DNA of 64,000 nt from a virus (IMGVR_UViG_3300032397_000006:40086-104085), one strand, 5' to 3'; shown: positions 44,049 through 53,821, counted from the first letter of the stretch. Notes: generated from the letters alone by a model not told the origin. Translations and numbers: made by a program.

Positions 44049-45080
44049 CTACAGACCGACTCCAAGCAAGCGCGCGCGAGCAGCGTCGTAGCGTACAGCG
44101 CGCTCGATCACGTAGTTGTTCTGTTCGAACGTCAAAGCGCCTGGATCGTAGCCTTCCGGAGGCGTCGCGATGAATGTTGGCGCATACGTGCTCAGCTCCC
44201 CCGCAAGCTTCATTGCTGCTTTTGCTTCGGCTTCGCCGCGATCTAGATAGACCGTATAGCGAGCTGCGCGCATGCGTCTCAGCAAATTGATCTTGCCGTC
44301 GCTCGCCGATTTGCCGAGCAGCGCTACCGCGTGCGGCCCCACCTGCATAGCGTCGAACGGGCCCTCATTAATCACGACGTGTTGCGACTGGCAGGCGCGA
44401 TCGTAATTAAACAGCACGTCGGCAGCCGTCGCATTCTCGCCGACACTGACCGGATTCAGCGTCTTTCGAAAGTGATTTTCCTTAATCCATTCTTTCCGCT
44501 GCGCCGGATACAGCTGGGCAGGCGGATCCCATGTCGCGCGCGCCTGCCAATACACGAGGCGCCCGTCCTGATAACACGGAAAAACGAGGTACTTTTCCAG
44601 CCTCCCGAACCGCCCGATTCCCACGCGATACGAGAGCGCAGTAGCGGCAGACACGCCGCGCTTGGCAAGGTACCGCCACGCGAAGCGGTGCGCGTCCACG
44701 TCCGCGAGCACGTCTACGCCAGTAGGCCAGGGCATCGCAGGCAGATCGCCGATCGAGCGCACCGGACGTGCGACGACAAGCGGCGTGAGCTCTAGCGACG
44801 CGTCCCCGCCCACGTAGAGTTTCTCGACGTAGCGCATCGCCTCGAGCAGATCGAGTTTCTCTAGCGCCTGCACGAGATCGAGCGTCGATCCAGTGCGACG
44901 GCAGCCCCAACAGATCCAGAGCTGTTTCGTCGGATGATTCCAGCGCAAACGATCCGACGAGCAGTAAGGACACGGCAGTAGGTACTCACTCGACGACGGC
45001 GACGGACTCTCTTTATAGCCGCCGTGCCGCGCAACAAAAGCCCGCGCGTCAAAGGCGCGCAGTGCTCGATCGATATTCAC
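44049..45080 (-). CDS. DNA primase (Zn finger plus TOPRIM)
   Basis: CPYC...CWGC; YLAKRG; NEGPFDA; YLDRG; YDPG. Confidence 0.85.
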   Translation of the reverse strand: MNIDRALRAFDARAFVARHGGYKESPSPSSSEYLLPCPYCSSDRLRWNHPTKQLWICWGCRRTGSTLDLVQALEKLDLLEAMRYVEKLYVGGDASLELTPLVVARPVRSIGDLPAMPWPTGVDVLADVDAHRFAWRYLAKRGVSAATALSYRVGIGRFGRLEKYLVFPCYQDGRLVYWQARATWDPPAQLYPAQRKEWIKENHFRKTLNPVSVGENATAADVLFNYDRACQSQHVVINEGPFDAMQVGPHAVALLGKSASDGKINLLRRMRAARYTVYLDRGEAEAKAAMKLAGELSTYAPTFIATPPEGYDPGALTFEQNNYVIERAVRYDAARARLLGVGL

Positions 45081-46408
45081 GACTCCGCCCGCGGCGCCAT
45101 TTCTTCGGCCCAGTCCAGCATGCGCATGGTTGATAGATCATTGCGACACCCGTAAAGTTTATTGACGGCTGCGTCGCGGTGATTTTCCCAAAATACCCGC
45201 ATTTCCCCTCGTTCCCATTCTGAATCTGTTGCGTTGATCGATCCGTAAGAATCCACGATCCGAACTTTCGCAAATGCGTCTGCGACGCTTGCTGATGTCA
45301 GCACGTGCTCTTTCAGATTATCACCAGGCCGCCCGCGCTGTGCTTGCCAGGCTGTCCATCCTTGAATTTCCTCCTCGTTCACGAAGCGCTTCAAATCTCG
45401 GCTCGCTTCGACTTGGTGCTGTGTCTCCCCCTCGACACGGGTATCTCTACTTCGCAGCAAATCGACATAATCCACGATCAACCTACGAGGCTTGAATCCG
45501 CGGGCCTTCAATTCGCGATATTCAGCGAGCACGTGATCCATCGTCACGCGCCAGTCATTCAAGGTCCGGATCACGAGCAGCGATCGCAGTCTCATGAATT
45601 CGGCCACCATGTCATTGTACGTGTCTGGCCTTATTTCCCCTAACTTGACCAAGTTGTATTGCTCGCGTGAAAACCACGAATCATATTTCGCCGCGATCTG
45701 CTTACCGTGTCCCTCGAGCTGTATGTGCAGCGTAGGCTGTCGCTCAAGTCGGCACGAGCGCCCGCCCTGATTCACGAGAAACGTCGTCTTTCCGCGCTTC
45801 GCGTACGCCAGCACAGCCCAGAGCTCGCCCTCTTGCACGCCGCCATTTGTCGCGCGGTCAAGCTGCTCTATTCCCGTCGACCACGGCATTCTCGTTAGAT
45901 CGTTGCGCTCCTGAAAACGAGCAAGCTGCCGCTCGGCTAGCTCCTCGAAATACCATTGTCGCTTAGGCCGCTCGAATGTGATGTCGCGGATCTTATCAAG
46001 AGCCGTCGACATCACGTCGTAACTCTGCATGTACTGCCCTCGCGTAAAGAGCTCAGCACTCGAGCGGTGCGCCTGCGCAAACAGATTCACGCGCGCGAAT
46101 TCCGTTAGCCGTTCTTTCACGTAGTCGGCCTCAGGAACACCGCCCGGGTACAGGAGCCATTCGACCTCGACCTCGTAAAGCACCCGCTTTTCCGCGGCCA
46201 AGCGACGTAGCTCCTCACGCAGTACCATGCCTGGAGGCGCGGCGAGGTGCGCCTTCCAATAGCCAGCGAAGCACTTAAAACTCCAACCTAGCGCCTCGAC
46301 TGAGAAGAAACTCTCATCTATGTAGCGCAAAGTCTGTTGCGCGAAGATCTCATCGGACAGCATGAGTCGCAGCACTGAGCGCTGAAATCCTACTCCAAAG
46401 TCGTGCAC
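45077..46408 (-). CDS. DnaB-like replicative helicase
   Basis: STGIEQLD...GG...GEL...KRGKTT, QLE, IVDYVD, WTAWQAQR. Confidence 0.9.
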   Translation of the reverse strand: MHDFGVGFQRSVLRLMLSDEIFAQQTLRYIDESFFSVEALGWSFKCFAGYWKAHLAAPPGMVLREELRRLAAEKRVLYEVEVEWLLYPGGVPEADYVKERLTEFARVNLFAQAHRSSAELFTRGQYMQSYDVMSTALDKIRDITFERPKRQWYFEELAERQLARFQERNDLTRMPWSTGIEQLDRATNGGVQEGELWAVLAYAKRGKTTFLVNQGGRSCRLERQPTLHIQLEGHGKQIAAKYDSWFSREQYNLVKLGEIRPDTYNDMVAEFMRLRSLLVIRTLNDWRVTMDHVLAEYRELKARGFKPRRLIVDYVDLLRSRDTRVEGETQHQVEASRDLKRFVNEEEIQGWTAWQAQRGRPGDNLKEHVLTSASVADAFAKVRIVDSYGSINATDSEWERGEMRVFWENHRDAAVNKLYGCRNDLSTMRMLDWAEEMAPRAES

Positions 46409-46417
46409 GGACAGACC

Positions 46418-47047
46418 TTACTTTTTGACCACGGCCAGCACCTCAGCGGGCAGCCTCGAAAAAAGCCCAACACGCAGCGCGCCTACGTCGAATCCATGCC
46501 GACGATTTGTGCCGAGCAGGCACCCGTATTTATTGGGGCAGGCGGGACATAAGCGCGAGCGCGGATCATATCCTCCGGTGGTCGGATCGAGCATGCACAA
46601 CGAATAGCGGTGAGAACCTGCGTAATCTGCGCGGGCGGCTTCCTGTGCTTTCGTTGGCTTTGCGCGAAGCCTCGTAACATCGCGCTCTAGCTTAGATCGT
46701 ACGACACGGACCTGTTTACGAAACGTCTCCTGCTCGAGAGCACGACCCTCGTATTTCTCGCGCCAAGCAGGTAACAACTTTTTCGCGCGCATTCCCGCGA
46801 GTCCTGGTGCGGCGCCTGAGCGAGCGTGCGCAAATATCTCGAAAACATAGCGCATAAACAAACGAGGATCTACGTGCTCCGCCTCCGCCCACGCTAAATA
46901 GCGAGCGCCGTATTCTAATGCCCGTTTTTTTGCACGTGCAGGCCGTGCTATTCGAGCGTACTCAAGCCTGAAATCGTAATAATCCGTGACAATAGCCCAC
47001 GCCGCGGGCTCTACCACTTGCGCTGTGTCCCCCATCATCTCCCCCAC
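46418..47047 (-). CDS. Hypothetical protein with C-terminal Cys motif (possible helicase loader)
   Basis: GYDPRSRLCPACP; lies between the two helicases. Confidence 0.55.
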   Translation of the reverse strand: MGEMMGDTAQVVEPAAWAIVTDYYDFRLEYARIARPARAKKRALEYGARYLAWAEAEHVDPRLFMRYVFEIFAHARSGAAPGLAGMRAKKLLPAWREKYEGRALEQETFRKQVRVVRSKLERDVTRLRAKPTKAQEAARADYAGSHRYSLCMLDPTTGGYDPRSRLCPACPNKYGCLLGTNRRHGFDVGALRVGLFSRLPAEVLAVVKK

Positions 47048-47050
47048 TAA

Positions 47051-48436
47051 TCACGTTGCGTAAACATACCTCGCACCCAATTGCTCTCTTGCAAAGCGCA
47101 GACGATCCTCACTCTGCCCACGCAGCATTTCCGCATGGGAATCCCAGAGATCGTAAATCCGCCCAATAGGCTTACCACTGTGCCCCGTCAGTGGTCGAAA
47201 ATAAGACTGCATCATCTGCACGCCACCGTTGCCGCCCGCGGCATAGACAAGCGCACTCGCCCTTGGAAGGTCCACACCTTCGCCTATTACTGTCGTGCCG
47301 ATCAAGACAGAGTAACGTCCGGCTAGAAAATCACGGATCGCGTTCGCTGTCTGAGGGCCCTCACCGCCCTTCACGACGATTGAATCCGCGATCTCACGCC
47401 CTAGTAGATCCGCGTGCGCGCGACGCCTCGTTAGCACGATCGTAGGCTCGCCATGGTCACGCAGCGCGCTCGCGATATTCACGACGGCCGCATTGCGTGG
47501 CTCGTACTCAGCAATACCCGCTTTATAAATCGCTGGGAAGTTGTTGCCGGATGGCAGCTTGATCTTACCTTTGCTGTGCCTCATCCAGATCACACGAGGC
47601 ACGGCAAGAAAACCCCCGCTAATCAATTCGACGAGCGGAATATCCGCGATCACCTCGCCGAGCACGGCGTGCATAGCAAGCGCGTCCTCGCCCGATCGGT
47701 AATGCGTGCCTGTATAGCCGTAGCGATGGTAAATATGCTCAGCTCTCTGATTTATCGAGTGCCAAGTATCGGCCGCGGAATGGTGCACCTCGTCGAAAAT
47801 CAGCACCTGCCTCGTGTGCCACCACTCGAGCGGCAGCGCGAGCGCGCTCGGGATCGTCGCGACGACGATCGGGCGCGACGGATCACGCTCACTATCTGCA
47901 GCGTCCCCGTCGAGCCGCGACACTAGATCGGCGCCCCAGATCTCAGCGAAGCGTCGATAGGTCTGCGCCACGATAGCGACCGTGGGGGCAAGCACGATTG
48001 CGGGTAGTGCAAGCACGTCGAGCAAGCGCGCTTGCAGTAGCGTTTTGCCGGCGCGCGGTGGGGCCACGATCACACCCGATCCGTGCTCGACCGCGGCAGC
48101 GTGCGCGCGCTCCTGGTACGGCCTCCAGGCGACGCCGGAGAGCGAGTGCCACGGATAGCCCTGCGGCGGGCGAGCTCGTGTGTCCCGCAGGTCGCACGCG
48201 AGCCCGTAGTGACGCGCAATCGCCTGCGCGCGAGCCGCCAGACCAGCCGGCAAGCGGTCAGCCCAGACCATGGAGCCCCACCATTGATCCGCATGCAAAA
48301 ACGTCCGCGAAAACCGCACGCCCTGCGCGACAGTCGGGTTGATCGGCACAGCCAAGTGCCGAGCCAGGCACTGCAGAAGCCATTCCGGCGCGTCGCGGAC
48401 ATGAGCCCACGCGTTCCCCCTATCGATCGACACCAT
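47051..48436 (-). CDS. SF2 (UvsW-like) DEAD/H helicase
   Basis: RPYQ, APPRAGKT, DEVHH, YTGT, GEGVDLP; start MVSIDRG at 48436. Confidence 0.9.
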   Translation of the reverse strand: MVSIDRGNAWAHVRDAPEWLLQCLARHLAVPINPTVAQGVRFSRTFLHADQWWGSMVWADRLPAGLAARAQAIARHYGLACDLRDTRARPPQGYPWHSLSGVAWRPYQERAHAAAVEHGSGVIVAPPRAGKTLLQARLLDVLALPAIVLAPTVAIVAQTYRRFAEIWGADLVSRLDGDAADSERDPSRPIVVATIPSALALPLEWWHTRQVLIFDEVHHSAADTWHSINQRAEHIYHRYGYTGTHYRSGEDALAMHAVLGEVIADIPLVELISGGFLAVPRVIWMRHSKGKIKLPSGNNFPAIYKAGIAEYEPRNAAVVNIASALRDHGEPTIVLTRRRAHADLLGREIADSIVVKGGEGPQTANAIRDFLAGRYSVLIGTTVIGEGVDLPRASALVYAAGGNGGVQMMQSYFRPLTGHSGKPIGRIYDLWDSHAEMLRGQSEDRLRFAREQLGARYVYAT

Positions 48437-48978
48437 CCCAATTAAGGGAAACCCCGATCCAGCGAACAGCACTGGATCGGGGCAGGGGGGTGCGCGACTC
48501 CGCAGGGAAGCAAGTGTCGAACGAGGCAAACGTGCACTTATCGCAGACTGGAGTCAAGCGACTTTGTTTGCACTCGCGAAATCGCGAGGGTAGGCTCCGG
48601 CCGCCTGAATCGGTGATCTCCGAGGACACCGAGGACCACTGGGCACGATCTGGATACTGATCCTATGAATTCCACGAAAATGGAACTAGGCACGCGGGCG
48701 AGGGGTGGCTCCCCCCCGTGGATCACTACGTCGTGCACAGCCGTTACTCGTGCGCCAACGAGAGCTATCGCAGCCCCTAGCAAGGCCTCCTAAATTGTGA
48801 CCCGACACAAGTACCACCGTACCGCACCACGTGAAACGCTGACATTGGCGCAATTACGCGCCCAGCGGGGACGTGAGAGTGCGTGCGAATGGCGGGGTTA
48901 CAGGAGTGCACCGATTTCGGCGGTGCACGTCGCGCGTTCGCGCGTCGAAAAATGCGAGCTCTTTAAGCACACCACAAA

Positions 48979-49303
48979 CCCGCTAGCGCATTTCTCTTTT
49001 CTGCTTTCTCCTGATCCGGAAACCGAAGGTTTCTCCGTGGTTTTTTTTGAGCGCGAGCGCAAGCGAGCTCTCTGCTCAAAAAAAACTTCTTTAAGCGGGG
49101 ATTTATTCCCGCTTAAAGACTGAGCCAGATCGAGTCTGATCAAGATCCTAAGGTCCTTAGTTCCGGTTTCCCTAGAAGCTCACGAAGTGAACTTCAAACG
49201 AGTCCCGAACTGAACCTTAGGAAAAAAAAGCAAAACGAGAAATGCACTAGCCGGGTGCCCGCGCTTTTCGCTATTGAACTTGGTTCAATAAGGAACGAAA
49301 AGC
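48979..49303. other. Multi-hairpin non-coding element (candidate replication origin or structured RNA)
   Basis: Nested inverted repeats, including perfect 13-bp (49040-52/49074-86) and 12-bp (49088-99/49108-19) stems and an outer stem 48979-96/49237-55; AT-richer than its surroundings. Confidence 0.65.
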
Positions 49304-49400
49304 CCAACGATATCAGCAGCTTAGGCTACTGAACGCAGTTCCCACGAACCTTACTCTGTTTGACCAGACTTATTACAGCCTCGCCCGGTGAGTTACCGTG

Positions 49401-49844
49401 TCACTGCGACAAAGCGTAAGCTCCGGCTGCTACGGCTAATGCGCTTAGGGCAGCACCGACGCCGAACCATAGGGCGGGCGACCTGTGCCAGGCGTCGCGC
49501 TGTTTCTCGACCTCGAGTCTCGCGAACACTGCGCGGTCAAGCGCGTCCGACGCGCGCATTTCGCCCTGTTCGGCGAGCGCGAGTAATCGCTGAGACGCCG
49601 CAATCTCCTCGTCTAGTAATTCGATCTTACGCTCGTACAGCGTCTGCAGATCGATCGTGAGTTTTGCCGTTTGCAGATCGCGCAGCACTCGTTGCGCGAC
49701 GTCGGCACGAAACCATATCCCGTCGATACCCTCTCGGCGCATAGGCACTTGCGTAGCGCCTACAGGCGGATCTTCGCCGTGCTCAACATCAGCTCGAGCT
49801 GTGGCGCACGCGAGACTCAGCAAAACGATCAGAATTTTTGACAT
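49401..49844 (-). CDS. Signal peptide, coiled coil and C-terminal TM protein (spanin-like?)
   Basis: MSKILIVLLSLACATARA...coil...WFGVGAALSALAVAAGAYA. Confidence 0.65.
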   Translation of the reverse strand: MSKILIVLLSLACATARADVEHGEDPPVGATQVPMRREGIDGIWFRADVAQRVLRDLQTAKLTIDLQTLYERKIELLDEEIAASQRLLALAEQGEMRASDALDRAVFARLEVEKQRDAWHRSPALWFGVGAALSALAVAAGAYALSQ

Positions 49845-49866
49845 AGCGCCCGTGTACCATGGGGGC

Positions 49867-50199
49867 ATGCTTTGGCTGTCGATACGCAAGCGCGCTCGGG
49901 CGTTGATCTGGGCAGTCCTCGGCCTGCTCGGCGTGGGCGCTCTGCTGTCGCTGCGGCGACGCAGGCAAGCGCTACTGCTCGCGAGCGCAGACAGTACCGT
50001 GATCGAGGCGCGGGCGAAGGTGCGCGAGCTTCGTGCGACACGAGCTGCACTTGCTGAGGACAGCACCGCACGCCTCGACGAGATCGCGCAGATCGATCAG
50101 TCGATCGAATCTCATAAATCGAGGATTGCAGCGGTGCAGAAACAGCACGGCCTCACGGCGGAGGAAATCTCCGCGGAGTTTTCGAAACTCGGCTACTGA
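49867..50199 (+). CDS. N-terminal TM plus coiled-coil protein (spanin-like?)
   Basis: MLWLSIRKRARALIWAVLGLLGVGALL...LTAEEISAEFSKLGY. Confidence 0.6.
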   Translation: MLWLSIRKRARALIWAVLGLLGVGALLSLRRRRQALLLASADSTVIEARAKVRELRATRAALAEDSTARLDEIAQIDQSIESHKSRIAAVQKQHGLTAEEISAEFSKLGY

Positions 50200-50999
50200 C
50201 CTGCGTCCGCATACTCGCGGGCGATCAGCCTGGCCTCGTAACGAGCTCGCTCGCTCGACATGCGCTGCCACGCTCCGGTGGACGGGGCCCAGCGAAAGCC
50301 CGCGCGCTTCAAGCGCTCCCTGATTGCATCCGGGGGTTTGCCCGGAAACACGAGCTGAGTCCTATTGTCCTCGTCACGCAGGGTGACCTCGCCGATCTCC
50401 TCGTCTGCGATCTCGCCGCGCTTCTCTGCCGCCTCGAGTACGACCAAGCGCTTTCGCAGTCTCCGGATTTCGGCCCCGTCGTTAGTCAGCTGGTACGGGG
50501 CAAACCCGATCCGCCCTGCGAAATCCGGCGCTATGATTTGCGCGGCGAGCACTGGCGAAAATCCGAGCGCTTGCAGGCTAGTGCGTGCCTTACTGTTGTC
50601 GCCCTTGGCTGCGCGGATTGCTTTGTTCGCCGCCTTCATGCGCGCGACATCGTTCTCGAGTTTCGCGATTTTCTCGCGGATCCGATCTGCTGCACTCGGA
50701 TCGTCCGAGCTGATCATGTTGTTTCGCTCCGCGCTCGCTGCGCGGCTCACGAGAGCCTTGGCTTTATCGAGCGCTTCGAAGCCCGCGCGATAGCACGAAT
50801 CGATTCGTGCGAGGTCCTTGCGGTGCCTGCGCTCACTGTGATGCCCGATCAGGATCGGTTGCCCCATGGGAATCATCGCCCCGATCCTGCGTGCCGCGTT
50901 GATCCGGCTGTGCGCTGCGCCCTCGACCTCTGCCGCCCGTGAGCGCAAACGATCGATCCGCACGGCCTTACGCTCTGCGTAGTCTGCTCGACCAGTCAC
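50193..50999 (-). CDS. DUF3560-domain protein
   Basis: IPMGQPILIGHHSERRHR, ISSDDPSA, FPGKP...LKRAGFRWAPS.GAWQR. Confidence 0.85.
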   Translation of the reverse strand: MTGRADYAERKAVRIDRLRSRAAEVEGAAHSRINAARRIGAMIPMGQPILIGHHSERRHRKDLARIDSCYRAGFEALDKAKALVSRAASAERNNMISSDDPSAADRIREKIAKLENDVARMKAANKAIRAAKGDNSKARTSLQALGFSPVLAAQIIAPDFAGRIGFAPYQLTNDGAEIRRLRKRLVVLEAAEKRGEIADEEIGEVTLRDEDNRTQLVFPGKPPDAIRERLKRAGFRWAPSTGAWQRMSSERARYEARLIAREYADAGQ

Positions 51000-51235
51000 G
51001 ACACCACCGCAATTCGGCAGAGCTCAACCAGCTGTGCTTCGGCCGCGAGCTCCGCCACCACAGCAGCGTGATCTTCACAGCGCACCCAGCAGTCCTTATC
51101 TGCAACCCAGACCAACCTGCTAGCGCTGAACTCAACCCCCACGCAACCGACCAGCACGCGGTCAGCTCGCAATTCAGAGACAGTCCAGTAACCGCCGCAA
51201 CGCACCGCGTCTCCCACCGCTATTTTCTTTTCCAT
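50996..51235 (-). CDS. Small hypothetical protein (cassette gene)
   Basis: MEKKIAVGDAV; follows repeat RBS. Confidence 0.6.
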   Translation of the reverse strand: MEKKIAVGDAVRCGGYWTVSELRADRVLVGCVGVEFSASRLVWVADKDCWVRCEDHAAVVAELAAEAQLVELCRIAVVS

Positions 51236-51240
51236 CGCAC

Positions 51241-51285
51241 ACCTTCCCTTCATTTCCAGATTATCATACGCCGCGATAACTGCAA
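51241..51285 (-). promoter_or_regulatory. Repeated promoter/operator/RBS element, copy 4
   Basis: TTGCAGttatcgcggcgtatgaTAATCTggaaatgaagggaaggt. Confidence 0.75.
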
Positions 51286-51286
51286 G

Positions 51287-51610
51287 CTAGCCGTGCGCCG
51301 CCCCGTGATTTTTCCCGCCGCACGCGCACTCGCACACGTGACCAGTGGCGCCCATGCAGCGCCCGTCGCATTTTTTGTCTGCCACCACTTTGCCGAACAC
51401 GGGCTTGAGCCTCGCCGATCCACCGCAGCCGCACGGATATTCGAGCTCGAATACGTTGGTGCCCATCGGCGGAGAATAGAAAAGGGAGCTGCCGCTCACG
51501 AACTTCCCGCACCACGCACCGCGGTAAAAAACAGTGTTTTTCTCGCGCTCAGCCAGCACACTGAATCGCTTTTTGCAGCGGAGGCACTTCCCGTTGTAAC
51601 GCTTTTCCAT
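51287..51610 (-). CDS. Cys-rich Zn-binding protein (cassette gene)
   Basis: CLRC...KCDGRCMGATGHVCECACGGKNHG. Confidence 0.7.
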   Translation of the reverse strand: MEKRYNGKCLRCKKRFSVLAEREKNTVFYRGAWCGKFVSGSSLFYSPPMGTNVFELEYPCGCGGSARLKPVFGKVVADKKCDGRCMGATGHVCECACGGKNHGAAHG

Positions 51611-51615
51611 CACAC

Positions 51616-51662
51616 ACCTGCCCTTCACTCAGAAGCTTATCGCGTTACGCGATAACACGCAA
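51616..51662 (-). promoter_or_regulatory. Repeated promoter/operator/RBS element, copy 5
   Basis: TTGCGTgttatcgcgtaacgcgaTAAGCTtctgagtgaagggcaggt. Confidence 0.8.
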
Positions 51663-51674
51663 GCACAAAGCCTC

Positions 51675-52175
51675 GTGATACCGTCACACGTGGCCTACGA
51701 CTCCGAACGTCCGACCATTCCGATCGCCGTGAGGCGTGAGGTGCGCCTCGCCCGGGCAAAGGACGCGCTAGCGGTACTCGGCACCTCTGGCGCGCTGATC
51801 GGGTCTGCGTGGGGCCTCGCGTGGTCCGCGATTGACCATTTCGCGACGGACGCTGAGGTCGCGACGGCGACCTCGACACACGACACGAGCGCGCAGGCCC
51901 ATTTACGCCTGCGCAATCGCATCGATGACCTCGAGTCCACGACGCGAGCTCAGCACGCGGCCTTGCTCGCTGCGCAAGATCAGCTGCTCGCACTCTGGCG
52001 ATGGCAAGTCGGATACGCAGCGGCTGACCGCGAGGACGATCACCGACTGCGCGCAGCTGCAGCATCTTACTATCGCGAGATTTTCGATCGGCTCGTCCGC
52101 GAAGGGGTGCCTCCGGAGCAAGCGTTTCGCGATAGCCTGACAGAGCGCTGGTCAGATCGGCCGCGCCTACGATAG
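51675..52175 (+). CDS. Membrane protein with coiled coil
   Basis: TM ALAVLGTSGALIGSAWGLAWSAI; coupled to the next + strand ORF. Confidence 0.6.
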   Translation: MIPSHVAYDSERPTIPIAVRREVRLARAKDALAVLGTSGALIGSAWGLAWSAIDHFATDAEVATATSTHDTSAQAHLRLRNRIDDLESTTRAQHAALLAAQDQLLALWRWQVGYAAADREDDHRLRAAAASYYREIFDRLVREGVPPEQAFRDSLTERWSDRPRLR

Positions 52176-52185
52176 GAGCTCCCCT

Positions 52186-52860
52186 GTGCTAGTTCTCGCT
52201 CCATTACGCGACACTGAGGGCAAGCGCGACGTAACCGGCGCATTCCTGCCTGAGGCTCGAGCGCTCGCCGATCGCCATGGCGGGACTCTGCGGCAGATCG
52301 AAAACACGGTGCCCTTCACCGCACGTCGTGCGCTGTCGCTGCGTGAGATCAATCGGTACGTACAAGAGCGCGGTGCGCTCGACGCATTTGCCATGTGCTG
52401 TCACGGATGGCCGCAGGGCGTGCAGCTCGGATTCAGGATCGAGGACGCGGGACTACTCGCGCGAGCTCTCGCGCAAAAGCGCAGCCTGCGCACCGAGCCG
52501 TTCGCGGTGGGGCTGCTCTGCTGCGATACGGCGCGCGACGCGGACGCGGATCGAGCTGACGATCTCGCGGATGGGCCCGGGGGCATCGGCGGGTTTGCGG
52601 ACACGTTGTGCGAGGCGATCGGGAATCTCGGATTCCACGCACGCGTGACAGCGCACGCAACGCTCGGCCACACGACCTCGAATCCACACGTGCGCGTATT
52701 CGACTCGGCCGATCGGACACCGGGAGGCGTCTGGATCGTGCCTCCGCGCTCGCCGCGGTGGGTGCGCTGGACTCGCGCGCTACGCGATACGGATTTGCGT
52801 CTGCGTGTGCCCTTCATGCAGCAGGACGCGATCGAGCGCGAGCTAGACGCCATCGCCTAG
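52186..52860 (+). CDS. DUF4347/caspase-hemoglobinase-like protein (putative Cys peptidase)
   Basis: RBS AGGAG; CHGWPQGVQLG...LLCCDTA...GFADTL...VTAH. Confidence 0.55.
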   Translation: MLVLAPLRDTEGKRDVTGAFLPEARALADRHGGTLRQIENTVPFTARRALSLREINRYVQERGALDAFAMCCHGWPQGVQLGFRIEDAGLLARALAQKRSLRTEPFAVGLLCCDTARDADADRADDLADGPGGIGGFADTLCEAIGNLGFHARVTAHATLGHTTSNPHVRVFDSADRTPGGVWIVPPRSPRWVRWTRALRDTDLRLRVPFMQQDAIERELDAIA

Positions 52861-53250
52861 GTAGTCGTAAATCTCAAGCGGCACTTTCGAGCGCTCTCGA
52901 AACGCCTGCAGCGACGCTCGGAATTCCTTGGTCCACTCCGGGCTGAACGAGCTGTGCCGAGTGATGCTGCTGCCGTCGCCGTTGGCCTCTAGCGCGCCCG
53001 CGATAAAGTCAGGGTGCCCCCACCCAGCGATCACCACTACGCTGTGCCCAGGCTCGTAACTTGAGGCCACGAAGCCCTCACGCGAGCGCTTGCGTGGCCT
53101 CCGGTAGCTCACGTGCAGGGCCTCTTTATATTGCGCGTAAGGGCCTTTCTCGACCGAGACATCGTTTGCCTCGACCGAGGTCCAGCCGAACATGCTGGAT
53201 CTGTAAACGGTCGCCTTCGCCAACTCGAGCACTTTGATTTTTTCTCCCAT
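52843..53250 (-). CDS. Hypothetical protein (cassette gene)
   Basis: RBS GGGGAG; YAQYK.AL...RPRKR, GWGHP. Confidence 0.65.
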   Translation of the reverse strand: MGEKIKVLELAKATVYRSSMFGWTSVEANDVSVEKGPYAQYKEALHVSYRRPRKRSREGFVASSYEPGHSVVVIAGWGHPDFIAGALEANGDGSSITRHSSFSPEWTKEFRASLQAFRERSKVPLEIYDYLGDGV

Positions 53251-53281
53251 GGCACTCCCCTAATCTGCTCGCCGCGCGAGC

Positions 53282-53473
53282 TCAACCCATTGCGGTGATC
53301 ACCAGAAAAGTTGCGAGGTCTGCGGGCTTGGTTTTCCCGATCTCGCTCGCGGCCAACTTCCGCACGATCGGAGCGTTGTGCTCCGAGGCTGCCCACGCGC
53401 GGATCGAGTTGCTCTCGATTGCCGCAAGAACCGCCGCTACGTACGCATCTAGTTTTTTCTCCGAGACCTTCAT
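53282..53473 (-). CDS. Small hypothetical protein (cassette gene)
   Basis: MKVSEKKLDAY after GGAGGT. Confidence 0.6.
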   Translation of the reverse strand: MKVSEKKLDAYVAAVLAAIESNSIRAWAASEHNAPIVRKLAASEIGKTKPADLATFLVITAMG

Positions 53474-53480
53474 GACTTCA

Positions 53481-53521
53481 ACCTCCGATCTAGTTATCGC
53501 ACGTCGCGATAACTCATGCAA
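53481..53521 (-). promoter_or_regulatory. Repeated promoter/operator/RBS element, copy 6
   Basis: TTGCATgagttatcgcgacgtgcGATAACtagatcggaggt; perfect GTTATCGC-N5-GCGATAAC. Confidence 0.85.
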
Positions 53522-53528
53522 CACGAAA

Positions 53529-53768
53529 TCAGCAGCCCTCGAAAAAGATGCTCAGGTCCAGTTCGGGCAGCGCAGGCTCCTCGAATACCGGGCCTGCGAA
53601 CGGCTCGACCACGGGCACCTCGGTGTAGCTGCCGTACGCGCCCTCCACGAAGCTGGTTACGACGCAGAAGCCCAGCGGTCTCTCTGCCGAGCGGGAGCGC
53701 GCTCCCGCGCACACGGTCACACGCACGGTCCCTTTTACGTCCTCGTAGCTCAGGATATCTTCGTACAC
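53529..53768 (-). CDS. Small acidic protein (cassette gene)
   Basis: GTG start after repeat RBS. Confidence 0.55.
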   Translation of the reverse strand: MYEDILSYEDVKGTVRVTVCAGARSRSAERPLGFCVVTSFVEGAYGSYTEVPVVEPFAGPVFEEPALPELDLSIFFEGC

Positions 53769-53773
53769 AAAAC

Positions 53774-53817
53774 ACCTTCCCTTCGATCTAGTTATCGCAC
53801 TTCGCGATAACTTGCAA
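53774..53817 (-). promoter_or_regulatory. Repeated promoter/operator/RBS element, copy 7
   Basis: TTGCAAgttatcgcgaagtgcgataactagatcgaagggaaggt. Confidence 0.85.
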
Positions 53818-53821
53818 TCCC

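Noticed and set aside
48538-49143. ORFs 48538..48783, 48797..49123 and 48898..49143
   Set aside because: They lack a clear RBS or motifs, and the latter two overlap the structured element, so the region is more likely non-coding.
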